Notes: generated by a model not told the origin, from the letters alone. 64,000 nucleotides of DNA from Dehalococcoidia bacterium (GCA_965116785.1 OZ220731.1:1242977-1306976); one strand, 5' to 3'; counted from the first letter of the stretch, positions 1 through 9,307 are shown. Numbers and translations: made by a program.

Positions 1-1
1 A

Positions 2-1033
2 TTGAGGATAGACGGCATTGGACGCGCCGTCAAAGACCGGGGATATGTCCACGTTGTCCAGCGCCGACGCGTCTCCGCCCAGGGCCGGGACTATGATACG
101 CAAATTGGCCACTTCCAGGCCGAGGTAGCTGTGGTCCGGATCTCCGGGCCCGCCGGGCAGGTCGTCATCGGAGAGTTCATCGATATACTTGGCGCCGGAT
201 TCAGCGGCTATCGTCTGCATGACGTCGCTGGGAAAGACCTCCGAGCCGAATACGGCAGGGATGCCTTCTTCCCTGATCTGGGTGATGAGGTTGGCGACGT
301 CGCGGGCCGACGGTTCGGAAAAGTCCGACGGTTGAACGGCTCCGATAACGGTGAGGCCGTAGCGGTCGGCGAAGTATGCCCAGGAGTCGTGGTAGGTGAG
401 AAGTTTGCGGTTTTCGGCAGGGATCGTGGGAATGATGACCTTGATCGCCTCGTCCAGCGTGGCTATGCGTCCCGCGAAGGCGTCATAGTTTGCGCGATAG
501 TAATCGGCGTTGGCCGGGTCCCTGGCTGCAAGGTTATCGCGGACTATCTCGGCGTAGCGGAGCGTGAGGATCGGGTCGGGCCACAGATGGGGGTTGGGAT
601 GACCGTCCGCTTCCGGGAACGAGAAGTCAAACTGCCACTGGTCGCGCGTTATGGTCTGCTCGCCCAGGCTGACGATGGAAGCGCCGGGCTTCAGGTTGGC
701 TTTCGCCATTTCCAGGGTGGGTTCCTCCAGGAACAGGCCGTTCAGGAAAATCAGGTCGGCGCCGGACAGGGCGACCGCCACCGCGGGCGCGGGCTCGAAG
801 GTATGGGAGTTCACGCCCTCCGGCACGACGCCCTGTAGGCTGATGCGGGTCCCGCCGATGTTCTCCACGATGCTGGTGATGGGCGATACGGTGGCAACCA
901 CGTTGAGTGGACCGGATCCTGATTGAGCTGGAGCCGACGTCGGCGCTGCGGCCGGCTGCTCGCCGGCGCAGGCGATTGCGGCCAGGGCCCCCAAAATGAC
1001 GAAAATGGATATGCAATACTTTGTAAAAGACAT
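2..1033 (-). CDS. Metal ABC transporter substrate-binding lipoprotein, ZnuA/TroA family (3' end runs off the window)
   Basis: Absent from the ORF track because there is no stop in the window. My reverse-strand translation from ATG 1033 gives MMSFTKYCISIFVILGALAAIACAG (signal peptide plus lipobox), then NVVATVSPITSIVENIGG, LNGLFLEEP and HPNPHLW, which are typical of ZnuA/TroA-type binding proteins. It lies directly downstream of a Fur-family gene on the same strand. Confidence 0.75.
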   Translation of the reverse strand, partial: MSFTKYCISIFVILGALAAIACAGEQPAAAPTSAPAQSGSGPLNVVATVSPITSIVENIGGTRISLQGVVPEGVNSHTFEPAPAVAVALSGADLIFLNGLFLEEPTLEMAKANLKPGASIVSLGEQTITRDQWQFDFSFPEADGHPNPHLWPDPILTLRYAEIVRDNLAARDPANADYYRANYDAFAGRIATLDEAIKVIIPTIPAENRKLLTYHDSWAYFADRYGLTVIGAVQPSDFSEPSARDVANLITQIREEGIPAVFGSEVFPSDVMQTIAAESGAKYIDELSDDDLPGGPGDPDHSYLGLEVANLRIIVPALGGDASALDNVDISPVFDGASNAVYPQ

Positions 1034-1102
1034 CATTTGCTCCTCATTGAGGCGAAAGACGATCAGTGTTTGGGAAAAGCCAGGTGGGTCTGGACCCGTC
1101 GG

Positions 1103-1531
1103 TCAGCCGGGCGGCTGGCAGATGGAGCAGTAGCCGCCGATGGTGATGTTGTCCAGGTCGGGCGTGAACCCGAATTCCTGTTGCAACCGCTGGCTGAACT
1201 CAGCAAGGTAATCGGGGCTCAACGTCTGCACGGAGTCGCATTCCGAACAAACCATGTGGTTGTGCCGAGTGTGGTGATCGGCCAGTTCGAAGTGGAGCTT
1301 GTTTCCGATCACCACCTCGGTCACGACGCCGAGGCGTTTGAGCAACTGCAATGTGCGATATATGGTGGCTAGGTCAACGTAGGGATGCTGTTCCTTGGCC
1401 ATGTTCCACACCTCGTCGGCGCCGACATGGCCGTGGCGGCCAGCAACGATGTCCAGTACGGACAGGCGTTGCGGGGTCATCCTGTACCCCTCGGAGCGCA
1501 GGCGTGATACTGCGGATTCGTGTCCAGACAT
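1103..1531 (-). CDS. Fur-family metalloregulator (probably Zur)
   Basis: 142 aa. Winged-helix N-terminus (MTPQRLSVLDIV...ATIYRTLQLLKRLG), a His-rich metal site (HHTRHNHMVCSEC) and C-terminal CSIC. It lies upstream of the ZnuA-type gene. Confidence 0.85.
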   Translation of the reverse strand: MSGHESAVSRLRSEGYRMTPQRLSVLDIVAGRHGHVGADEVWNMAKEQHPYVDLATIYRTLQLLKRLGVVTEVVIGNKLHFELADHHTRHNHMVCSECDSVQTLSPDYLAEFSQRLQQEFGFTPDLDNITIGGYCSICQPPG

Positions 1532-1542
1532 GTGCCACCCAC

Positions 1543-1568
1543 CGTTATTGCAGTGATTTGCGGTAACG
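1543..1568. promoter_or_regulatory. Imperfect 10-6-10 palindrome between the -10 and the zur start; candidate Zur/Fur operator
   Basis: CGTTATTGCA-GTGATT-TGCGGTAACG. The arms match 8/10 as an inverted repeat, immediately downstream of the TATAAT. Confidence 0.3.
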
Positions 1569-1569
1569 A

Positions 1570-1597
1570 ATTATAGCACCGCAGCCTGACCTGTCAA
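1570..1597 (-). promoter_or_regulatory. Sigma-70-type promoter of the zur/binding-protein operon
   Basis: The minus strand reads TTGACA (1597-1592), 16 nt, TATAAT (1575-1570), about 38 nt upstream of the zur ATG at 1531. Confidence 0.55.
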
Positions 1598-1669
1598 CCA
1601 GATTGGATAGCGCCGAGACGGGCGATCGCCCGACGACTGCGGCAAAGGCCGGCGTGCTAGAATTCGCTC

Positions 1670-2263
1670 ATGGAGGAGATCCTACCTGGCCGGCGTGTGG
1701 GAGAGGTGACGGCGTCGCAAACGCTGCGCGTCGAGGCGCAATGCTACCGGCCCCACGCTGCCCCGCCGCTGGGCTCGTTGGTACGAATCGGTTCGCCGCC
1801 GGTTTATGCGGTGGTCCTCGAAATACGGCACGAACCGCTTGATCCCACGCGGCCCCTGGCTCCCCGGGGCGCGGATGTGGAAACTGAGGACGAACTCTAC
1901 GCCAGCAACCCGCAACTGAGCGCCATCCTGACCACGCGGTTTACCGCCGCAATCGTGGGCTATCGGGACGGCTCCGTCATGCGCGCGGGATTGCCGAGCC
2001 TGCCGCCGGACCTCCACTCCTTCGTGTTCATTTGCGACGATAGCGAACTGGCGGTTTTCGGCGCCGATCTGGGGTGGCTCCGCTTGCTGTTGGAGGAACG
2101 GTCTGCCGCGTCCGACACCGCCATCGCCAACCTGTTGCGCCGGACCGCCAGCGCCCGTCCCGACCCCCGAAAGTACCTGCTCGGAGCCGGCAAGGCCCTG
2201 GCCGCCGAACTGGCCCGAGAACCCCACCGCATGCGATCCCTGCTGCGCGAGGTCGCCGGATGA
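1670..2263 (+). CDS. Hypothetical protein with an N-terminal HAS-barrel-like segment (possible HerA partner)
   Basis: 197 aa. GRRVGEVTASQTLRVEAQ...LGSLVRIGSPPVYAVVLEI...AAIVGYRDG...LPPDLHSFVFICDDSEL follows the same pattern as the N-terminus of the downstream HerA-like protein. Its stop overlaps the next start (ATGA at 2260-2263). An extended -10 TGcTAGAAT (1655-1663) lies 6 nt before the ATG, which suggests a leaderless mRNA. Confidence 0.65.
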   Translation: MEEILPGRRVGEVTASQTLRVEAQCYRPHAAPPLGSLVRIGSPPVYAVVLEIRHEPLDPTRPLAPRGADVETEDELYASNPQLSAILTTRFTAAIVGYRDGSVMRAGLPSLPPDLHSFVFICDDSELAVFGADLGWLRLLLEERSAASDTAIANLLRRTASARPDPRKYLLGAGKALAAELAREPHRMRSLLREVAG

Positions 2264-3963
2264 TCCTGGCCGGTACATTGGGCAGCAACGGCGCCGGGCC
2301 ATCAGAAGGCCGCCGCTTGGGGCAGGTCGTGGGGGGTTCGCTCTCGCGCGGCCTGGATGTTCGGCTGGATGGTTTCGATGCAGGCACCGAGGACGTGGCC
2401 GTGGGGTCGTTCGTGACCATCCAGGGACGCCGGCAACGATATTTCGCTGTGGTGACCGACGTGGAATTGCGAGCCGTCGATGACGCCGTGCGTCATTTCC
2501 CGCCTGCGTTTGGGTACGGCGACAACGACGACGGTTTTGCTGCGGAAGTTATCGCCGGTACCGTGGCCTACGGGCAGTTGTCGGTGATGCCGAGTATGGC
2601 CGTTCCTCTCGCTGGCTCCTCCCACGGGACTGCCGAACAGGCGAAAACCATTCCGGAACATTTCGCCACGGTCTTCGCGGCGTCTCAGGCGGACATCGAC
2701 GCGGTCTTTAAAGCGCGGGATGGAGACTTCGCGCTGGGGTCGCCTCAGGGCATGGACTCGTCGTTGGTCCGGCTGGACCTGGCGGCCCTGGCCAACCGGT
2801 CAGTCGGAGTGTTTGGAGCTTCCGGAACCGGAAAGACCTTTTTGGCGCGGATGCTGCTGGCCGGCCTGGTCAAGCAAACCCAGGCGGTGTCGCTGGTATT
2901 CGACATGGAAAGCGAGTACGGATGGCAGGGCCAGGACAACGACCGGGGCCGCCAGGTGAAAGGCCTCAAGCAGCTGTTTCCCTCGCGCGTGGTCGCGTTC
3001 ACACTGGATGAAGCCAGCAGTCGTCGCCGCGGGGTTACTCCGGATGGGGTGGTGAAGATCGGGTACGACGAAGTCGAGCCGCAGGACATCGAGGTCCTCC
3101 GCGAATCGCTCAATTTGTCGGAAGTGGCGGCTTCCACCGCGTGGAACGTCTCCCGGCGTTTTGGCGAAAACTGGCTGCGTCAGTTCATCGCACTATCCGC
3201 CGCGGACGTCGGTGACCTGGCATCGGAGATCGGGGTCAACCTGTCCGCCTTGCAAACGCTGCACCGTCGCCTGTTGTCCTGGGAGCGATTTGGCTTCCTG
3301 GCCGAACACGGGCAAGGCAGCGCCAGCGCCGGCGGCATCATCGAACAGCTGGAACACGGCAACCACGTGGTGCTCGAGTTTGGCCAATACGGGCGCAACA
3401 CCGCCGCGTACGTGCTCGTCAGCAATTTGCTGACCCGCCGCATCCATGACACGTGGGTCCGCCGTAAGGAGTCAGCCGACGGCGGCCACGGAGACGAACC
3501 GCGACCTCTGGTGATCTTCGTGGAGGAGGCTCACAAATTTCTCACGCCCGACATTGCCTCCCAGACCATCTTCGGCGCCATTGCCCGCGAACTCCGGAAA
3601 TACAACGTGACGCTGATGATCGTGGACCAGCGCCCCAGCGGCATCGACTCCGAAGTGATGAGCCAGCTGGGCACCAGGCTGTCGTGCGCGTTGAACGACG
3701 ACCGGGACATGAACGCCGTATTGATGGGAGCCCGAGACGCCGGGCAATTGCGCAACGTGCTGTCCCGGTTGGACAGCAAGCAACAGGCGCTGGTGTTCGG
3801 CCACGCGGTTCCCATGCCTGTGGTTGTCCGACCGCGAGATTACGACGAGGCGTTTTACGCCGACATGGGCGCCGTCTCAGGCGTCGCATCAGCGGCAATC
3901 TTGGCCGAATCCGATGCCGAGCGGATTCAGCGGGAGATCGACGAGCTCTTCCCGGCGGAATGA
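2260..3963 (+). CDS. HerA/DUF87-family hexameric ATPase (HAS-barrel plus FtsK/HerA P-loop)
   Basis: Walker A GASGTGKTF, Walker B LVIFVEEAHKF and the NVTLMIVDQRPSGIDSEVMSQLGTRL motif typical of HerA. I chose the start at ATG 2260 (in frame with ORF 2074..3963) because it overlaps the upstream stop and the upstream extension is Arg/Pro junk. Confidence 0.85.
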   Translation: MILAGTLGSNGAGPSEGRRLGQVVGGSLSRGLDVRLDGFDAGTEDVAVGSFVTIQGRRQRYFAVVTDVELRAVDDAVRHFPPAFGYGDNDDGFAAEVIAGTVAYGQLSVMPSMAVPLAGSSHGTAEQAKTIPEHFATVFAASQADIDAVFKARDGDFALGSPQGMDSSLVRLDLAALANRSVGVFGASGTGKTFLARMLLAGLVKQTQAVSLVFDMESEYGWQGQDNDRGRQVKGLKQLFPSRVVAFTLDEASSRRRGVTPDGVVKIGYDEVEPQDIEVLRESLNLSEVAASTAWNVSRRFGENWLRQFIALSAADVGDLASEIGVNLSALQTLHRRLLSWERFGFLAEHGQGSASAGGIIEQLEHGNHVVLEFGQYGRNTAAYVLVSNLLTRRIHDTWVRRKESADGGHGDEPRPLVIFVEEAHKFLTPDIASQTIFGAIARELRKYNVTLMIVDQRPSGIDSEVMSQLGTRLSCALNDDRDMNAVLMGARDAGQLRNVLSRLDSKQQALVFGHAVPMPVVVRPRDYDEAFYADMGAVSGVASAAILAESDAERIQREIDELFPAE

Positions 3964-4012
3964 CCAATGGATCGCCCGGTCGCTCGCAAACCAACCGACA
4001 TGGATATCTGAG

Positions 4013-4855
4013 ATGAGGATCGTCGAGACTTGCACCGAGATGGCCGCTTTGTGCCGAACGGTTCACCATCCATTGGGACTCGTGCCCACCATGGGTGCGC
4101 TGCACGATGGGCACCTTTCGTTGGTGCGCCAGGCGAGAGCCGACAGCGAAACCATGGCGGCATCCATTTTCGTGAATCCTTCCCAGTTCGGACCCAACGA
4201 GGATTTTGCGAAATACCCGCGCAACTTCGAAAGCGACCTGCAACTCCTTGAAGAGAACGGCACTGATCTGGTTTTCGCGCCGCCTCCGGAAGAGGTGTAC
4301 CCCGACGGCTTCGACACCTGGGTTGAGCCGGGTTCGGTAGCTGAGGGCATGGAAGGGGCAGCCCGCCCGGGCCATTTCCGAGGCGTCGCCACGGTGGTCG
4401 CCAAACTGTTCACCATTACGCGCCCCGACCGGGCCTACTTCGGCCAGAAAGACGGCCAGCAGGTTGCGGTCATCCGCAAGATGAACGCGGACCTGAACCT
4501 GGGCGTCGACGTGGTGACAATGCCTACGATCAGGGAACCGGACGGTCTCGCGCTAAGCAGCCGGAACGCCTACCTGAGCGCCGAGGAGCGGGAGACCGCG
4601 CCCGCGGTGTACCGCGCGCTATGCGCCGCAGAGGACGTGTGGCGCCGGGGCGAGAGAGATGCCCAAAGAATACAGCGGGCCGCCAACAACATCCTGAGCC
4701 GTGAGCTCCTGATCGACGCCGTGGATTACATCAGCATCGTGGACGCCGAAACCATGCGGCCGCTCGCAACCGTCCCGGACGGCGGGGGGGTGATGATCGC
4801 CATCGCGGTGCGGCTGGGCGCGGTGCGGCTCATTGACAACTTGGTGTTGGGGTAA
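4013..4855 (+). CDS. panC: Pantoate--beta-alanine ligase
   Basis: LGLVPTMGALHDGHLSLV, FVNPSQFGPNEDF, GHFRGVATVV, YFGQKDGQQ and ALSSRN motifs. Start at the in-frame ATG 4013 (MRIVETC). Confidence 0.92.
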   Translation: MRIVETCTEMAALCRTVHHPLGLVPTMGALHDGHLSLVRQARADSETMAASIFVNPSQFGPNEDFAKYPRNFESDLQLLEENGTDLVFAPPPEEVYPDGFDTWVEPGSVAEGMEGAARPGHFRGVATVVAKLFTITRPDRAYFGQKDGQQVAVIRKMNADLNLGVDVVTMPTIREPDGLALSSRNAYLSAEERETAPAVYRALCAAEDVWRRGERDAQRIQRAANNILSRELLIDAVDYISIVDAETMRPLATVPDGGGVMIAIAVRLGAVRLIDNLVLG

Positions 4856-4918
4856 GGGGCCAACTGGCCCCGCCGCACCTTCCCCGCTCAAGGAAACGGA
4901 GAACGCATCAATGAAAAA

Positions 4919-4942
4919 CCGCCGGAACGATAATTCCGGCGG
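4919..4942. terminator. Hairpin between convergent panC and etfA (bidirectional terminator candidate)
   Basis: CCGCCGGAA-cgataa-TTCCGGCGG, a 9-bp perfect stem preceded by AAAAA. Confidence 0.55.
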
Positions 4943-4977
4943 CGCAATGTTTCACGTCGGGGTAGGTTGACCGACTA

Positions 4978-5976
4978 CTACGATTGCGTCAACTCCCGCA
5001 CCGTTTCGGTGAGCGCCGGGATGACCTTCTCCCAGTCGCCGACCACGCCATACCGCGCTTCCTTGAAGATGTTAGCGTCGGCGTCTTTGTTGATGGCCAC
5101 GATGGCCTTGGAGCCGCTGCACCCGGCCATGTGCTGGCTGGCGCCGGAGATCGCCACGGTGATGTACAAGTCGGGAGTGATGGTTTTGCCGGTCAGGCCC
5201 ACCTGGTAGTTGGCGGGGACCCAGCCAGAGTCCACGGCGGCGCGCGACGCCCCCACGGCTCCGCCAAGCAGACCGGCCAGCTCCTCCAACTGGGAGAACG
5301 GTTCAGGCCCACCGAGCCCGCGACCGCCGGACACCACGATGCGCGCGTCCTCCAGCTTGATGCCCTCGGCCTCTTCCTTGACGACATCTACCACTCGGGT
5401 CTTGGCCGCCGAGGCATCGATATCCACCGGGAAAGCCACCACCTGCCCGCTGCGTCCGGCGTCCAGATCCAGAGGTTCGTAGGTCTTGGGCCGTATGGCG
5501 GCGATCTGCGGCGTGTGGGTACAACTGACCACGGCGATGGCACTGCCGCCGTACACCGGGCGGTTGGCCAGGAGGCGGCCCGTGCTAGCGTCGGCAGACA
5601 CTTCAAGGCAGTCCTGGGCAAGCCCGACGCCAAGGCGGAATGCCAAGCGCGGCGCCAACTCGCGACCTTCGTTATTTCGAGCGACGAGGATGATGCCCGG
5701 GTTGGCCTCTGCGGCGACGGTCTGCATCGCGGACAGGTACAGATCGGGATGATAGTCGGCGAGCGCCGGGTTGGTTACGGCATAGGCTTTGTCCGCGCCG
5801 TGGGCAATGGCCTGCTGGGGCGCGTCGGCGACGTCCGCGCCGATGACCGCGATTGCCAGTTCCTGGTTAAGTGTGTCGGCAAGGGAACGGCCAGCAGCGA
5901 GCAACTCCTGAGCGGTCGATGCCAGTTGCCCGTCTGGGGCGTCTCCGAAGACGAGGATGCCTGTTGCATCTGCCAT
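4978..5976 (-). CDS. etfA: Electron transfer flavoprotein alpha subunit
   Basis: [48 protein letters not shown] and NKDADANIF. Start at MADATG, with GGAG upstream. Confidence 0.92.
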   Translation of the reverse strand: MADATGILVFGDAPDGQLASTAQELLAAGRSLADTLNQELAIAVIGADVADAPQQAIAHGADKAYAVTNPALADYHPDLYLSAMQTVAAEANPGIILVARNNEGRELAPRLAFRLGVGLAQDCLEVSADASTGRLLANRPVYGGSAIAVVSCTHTPQIAAIRPKTYEPLDLDAGRSGQVVAFPVDIDASAAKTRVVDVVKEEAEGIKLEDARIVVSGGRGLGGPEPFSQLEELAGLLGGAVGASRAAVDSGWVPANYQVGLTGKTITPDLYITVAISGASQHMAGCSGSKAIVAINKDADANIFKEARYGVVGDWEKVIPALTETVRELTQS

Positions 5977-6045
5977 TTCTGTAACTCCGTTGGTGGGACC
6001 CCACAGGGATGCGGGTTTCAATCCCGCTGTTGAATTTGCCGTAGA

Positions 6046-6846
6046 TCAGATAAGGCGATCCTCGCGGAGACGCAGAGCCAGCCTGCGGGCTGAATCCATA
6101 TCGTCGTCCCCCTCGATGATCTCGCAGTCCTGATCCCGCTCCGGCACGAACAGATCGTGCAGGGTCAGGCGCGGCTCCAACTGAGCGTCGGCGATCTCGA
6201 GATCGCCAGTGGTCCATACCGTGGGCCGCTTGCGCGTGGCCGCCATGATGCCCCGCAGAGTGGGATACCGGGGCTGACCCAGCTCGTTACTGACGGTCAC
6301 CAGCGCCGGCAGATCAGCTTCGACCACTTCGAAACCATCGGGTGCGAGGCGCTCGACCACCACCTTGCTGTCCTGAACGTCCACCTTCTTTCCCAGGGTG
6401 ATGCAGGCCATCCCGAGGGTCTCGGCGACGCCCAACGGAACCTGGGCGTTGTCCCAGTCGGACGCCTGGCGGCCGCAGATGATCAGGTCAAAGCCGCCCA
6501 GTTTTTGGATGGCGGCGGTGAGCAGTTGCACCGTGAAGAAGGAATCCACCGAGTTGGCGAAAGCGTCATCCTGCAGGAGCACCAGCTCGTCGGCGCCCAT
6601 GGACAGCGGCTTCTTCATCACGTCCAGCGCAAACGTGGTCCCCGAGGAAATGACCGTGATGCTCGCTCCCTGCTCGTCCTTGATCTGCAGGGCCGCCTCC
6701 ACGGCGTTTTCGTCGAAGCCGTTCACCACGGGCGGGATGTTTGCCGGCGGGACCACCTGCCGGGCGTCGGGGTCGATGCGGAAGGCGGCGGCGGGCATTT
6801 CCGGGTCGACGACCTGCTTGGCCAGCACGCAAATATTAACGGGCAT
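6046..6846 (-). CDS. etfB: Electron transfer flavoprotein beta subunit
   Basis: MPVNICVLAKQVVDPE..., LIICGRQASDWDNAQV and RYPTLRGIMAA. AGGAGA ribosome-binding site upstream of ATG 6846. Confidence 0.92.
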   Translation of the reverse strand: MPVNICVLAKQVVDPEMPAAAFRIDPDARQVVPPANIPPVVNGFDENAVEAALQIKDEQGASITVISSGTTFALDVMKKPLSMGADELVLLQDDAFANSVDSFFTVQLLTAAIQKLGGFDLIICGRQASDWDNAQVPLGVAETLGMACITLGKKVDVQDSKVVVERLAPDGFEVVEADLPALVTVSNELGQPRYPTLRGIMAATRKRPTVWTTGDLEIADAQLEPRLTLHDLFVPERDQDCEIIEGDDDMDSARRLALRLREDRLI

Positions 6847-7044
6847 CAGGAACGCATTCTCCTGTCGCAATACGAAAATGGGCTATGTGAAAGTTATCAC
6901 TAGCCCATTCCAGTGTCAAACATCCGCCGAATTCGTCGCCATTCCAACGCTTTCGGCGCGAAAGACCAGTCTGACGTATCACGTGGGGCAACCGCTCAGG
7001 TAGTCCATCACGCCAGCCCGACAACACTGACCACCGTGGGAATG

Positions 7045-8052
7045 TCAGATTTCGCGGAACTCTGGCTCCGGTTCCTCAATGTAAAAGTTGTTAGCCCAGA
7101 GGTCGTCGATGATTGCTTGATCCCCCTCGGTGATGGGCGGCGTCTCCACTGCCTCCGAATACTCCTTCAGTTCTTCCAGTGTCGTGAGGTTCGGCAACAC
7201 GCTGGTGATGGTCGGCTGGTGGAGAACGAACTGGATCGCGGCCTGGCTCATGGTACGCCCCACCTCTTCGCCGGCCAGGAACTTGACCTGATCCACCTTG
7301 ACCAACGCCTCACTGAGCCACTGGTGCCGGCGATACGAGCGGTGGTCGTTCTCGTCAAATTCCGGCGGCTCGTCGTAACGGCCGGTCAACGCCTCGGAGG
7401 CGTGGGGCACACGGGACAGCAGGCCGACCTGTTCTTTGTCGGCAATGGGGAAAAAGTCCTTGGCCGGGTCCTGTTCGAGGATGCTGTAGATGATCTGGCA
7501 ACTGCTGACGTGGCGCTCCTCCATGCTGGCCTGGCCTTCTTCGAACCAGCCGATGTCGGGTCCCAGGGCAGAGCCGTAATACCGGATCTTGCCCTCGTGC
7601 TTCAGTTCCTCGAGGACCTCAAAAACCTCGTCGTTCTCGATGGCCTCGATACGCGGGTTGTGCAACTGGTACAGGTCGATATAGTCGGTCTTCAGGCGGC
7701 GCAGCGACTGTTCGCAGGCGAAGCGGATGAACTCCGGCTCGAACTTCTGCGGACGCTCCTGGTGGCCGACCCGCGGCGTGGTCTGGTCGTAGATGTCGTA
7801 GCCGAACTTGGTGGCGATGATCATCTCATGCCGTCGGTGGCTCATGAACTTGGCGAGAACATCCTCGCCGTAGCCGTCGCCGTAGGTGTCAGCGGTGTCG
7901 AAGAAGTTGATGCCCAGCTCCAGCGCCTCTTCAAGCAACTGGCGGCGCGTTTCCTCGGGGATCCGTCCCCACCAGTTGGTGGCCACGGTCCAAACGCCGA
8001 AACCCACTTCGGAGAGCATCAGGTCGGTGCGGGGAAGTTGGCGGTATTTCAT
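7045..8052 (-). CDS. Aldo/keto reductase family oxidoreductase
   Basis: GINFFDTADTYGDGYGE plus the YIDLYQLH and GKIRYYG motifs. Confidence 0.88.
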   Translation of the reverse strand: MKYRQLPRTDLMLSEVGFGVWTVATNWWGRIPEETRRQLLEEALELGINFFDTADTYGDGYGEDVLAKFMSHRRHEMIIATKFGYDIYDQTTPRVGHQERPQKFEPEFIRFACEQSLRRLKTDYIDLYQLHNPRIEAIENDEVFEVLEELKHEGKIRYYGSALGPDIGWFEEGQASMEERHVSSCQIIYSILEQDPAKDFFPIADKEQVGLLSRVPHASEALTGRYDEPPEFDENDHRSYRRHQWLSEALVKVDQVKFLAGEEVGRTMSQAAIQFVLHQPTITSVLPNLTTLEELKEYSEAVETPPITEGDQAIIDDLWANNFYIEEPEPEFREI

Positions 8053-8059
8053 GATTGCT

Positions 8060-8701
8060 TCATCCTTGAGTGGCGTCGCTCAGCCAGCGGCTCATGCCTT
8101 CGATGAATTCGTCCCTTATTGTACTCGACGACCCGCAGAATTCCGCGATCAGTTCCTCTTTGAAGAACTGTGGGTCGTCACCCGACGGGACCACAAACGC
8201 GTCCACCGGATCGCAGGCTATCTTCATGTCTCGGCCTTCGACGAACGTCCTGTTCACGGGCATACCCAATGGCTCGGCGGCGGCGGGCCAAGTGCCGTCG
8301 ACGTCCATCCATCCCGCGTCGGTTTTCAGGCGAATGTACGTGTGTACGTCCGGCACAGGCTCTTCAACCACCAGTGCCCTGAGCTCTGGAGGGAAATGAC
8401 CAGTGTTTTCCTGGGTAAACCGGTGAGTGCACATCACAATCCGCGCGTCCATGCCGAACTCGCGAAAGATTCCGGCCAACAGGTAGTGCTTCCCGGAGCA
8501 AGTGCCTCTCCACCCCTCTATGATCGCCTCCGGCGCCCGGGATGTGGCGCGCCGGTAGGGCATGTCGCGAACCAGCGCGAATGCCGAAGCTGCGGTGAGC
8601 TTTTCATCCGCATCCATTAGCCCACGTGCCCGGGCTGTTTGTTCCAAAGTTTTCGCGATACTGGTCATGGGTCCGGAAAACCTGCGCCTTCTCAGCGACA
8701 A
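8060..8701 (-). CDS. Transglutaminase-like cysteine-protease-fold protein
   Basis: Cys-His-Asp core: RGTCSGKHYLLAGIFREFGMDARIV ... DVHTYIRLKTDAGWMDVD. The start could instead be MTSIAK (8668). Confidence 0.65.
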   Translation of the reverse strand: MSLRRRRFSGPMTSIAKTLEQTARARGLMDADEKLTAASAFALVRDMPYRRATSRAPEAIIEGWRGTCSGKHYLLAGIFREFGMDARIVMCTHRFTQENTGHFPPELRALVVEEPVPDVHTYIRLKTDAGWMDVDGTWPAAAEPLGMPVNRTFVEGRDMKIACDPVDAFVVPSGDDPQFFKEELIAEFCGSSSTIRDEFIEGMSRWLSDATQG

Positions 8702-8719
8702 TAGTATATAAGTACCAGA

Positions 8720-9304
8720 TTAGACACCCGGATTATCGTGGCGAAATGCTGTGATTGCATTGATAACGTCTTCCGCCGTTTCTCCACGGTCCTGAAGATT
8801 GAACGCCCACTCCCTGCCGGGATGCAAGGTGTCCCACTGTGAGCGCCGTTGATTCCATCTCCCACGTCCCGGGCCGTTGTTTCCGAACCCATCGACGACC
8901 ACGTTCCAAATCGGTTGGTACTGAGCTGTGAGCACTTGCTCGGTTAGACCGATCCACACCGGGTCCAGCACCAACCAACGACTTCGAAAATCCTCCAGAT
9001 TAAGGCTGTATGCTGCTCGAACTGACTCTGCGTGGTGCAACAACCTGCGGTATAGGGCGGTCGTGCCAAGCGTCGCTGAACTACGCCCCTGACGCCGGCC
9101 CGGTGGATCTGCCTTGCCCACATAAATGGGTGTGTCCTCTCCGATGTCAACGTAGGTGGGGAACGACCCAACGTAGTGCAACGTGTAAACACCCACGCCC
9201 TGAAAGGGACTGTTTGGCGGCAATACATCCGCCGGGTACTCCATCAAAGCTCGAGCGGCATTGCGTCCCAATTCGTCTACGCTGAGGGGGTCGTAGGCTC
9301 GCAC
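8720..9304 (-). CDS. Type II restriction endonuclease, Eco29kI family (GIY-YIG)
   Basis: GVYTLHYVG and PIYVGKADPPG (the GIY/YIG halves), LYRRLLHH (Arg/His), LTEQ (Glu), PIWNVVVDGFGNNGPGRGR and RSQWDTLHPGREWA, all of which I recall as Eco29kI-family signatures. The locus has lower GC than its flanks. Confidence 0.8.
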   Translation of the reverse strand: MRAYDPLSVDELGRNAARALMEYPADVLPPNSPFQGVGVYTLHYVGSFPTYVDIGEDTPIYVGKADPPGRRQGRSSATLGTTALYRRLLHHAESVRAAYSLNLEDFRSRWLVLDPVWIGLTEQVLTAQYQPIWNVVVDGFGNNGPGRGRWNQRRSQWDTLHPGREWAFNLQDRGETAEDVINAITAFRHDNPGV

Positions 9305-9307
9305 GAA

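Noticed and set aside
2-838. 278-aa plus-strand ORF at the left edge
   Set aside because: The opposite strand in the same codon register encodes a convincing ZnuA/TroA-type lipoprotein (signal peptide, lipobox, family motifs). The plus-frame product has no recognisable features.
2074-2259. Upstream extension of the HerA-like ORF (62 extra codons)
   Set aside because: The extension overlaps the upstream CDS and is Arg/Pro-rich junk. The ATG at 2260 gives a classic ATGA stop/start overlap and begins just before the HAS-barrel segment.
3824-4012. Upstream extension of panC overlapping the HerA 3' end
   Set aside because: Homology to PanC begins at MRIVETC (4013), and the extension overlaps the HerA coding region out of frame.
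4984-6033. 349-aa plus-strand ORF, and similar shadows at 6157..6903, 6913..8106, 28744..29793, 49872..50984 and 52331..53338
   Set aside because: Each is antisense to a gene with strong homology motifs (etfA, etfB, AKR, rho, LLM, hydrolase/cupin). Their composition is typical of non-coding frames in GC-rich sequence.
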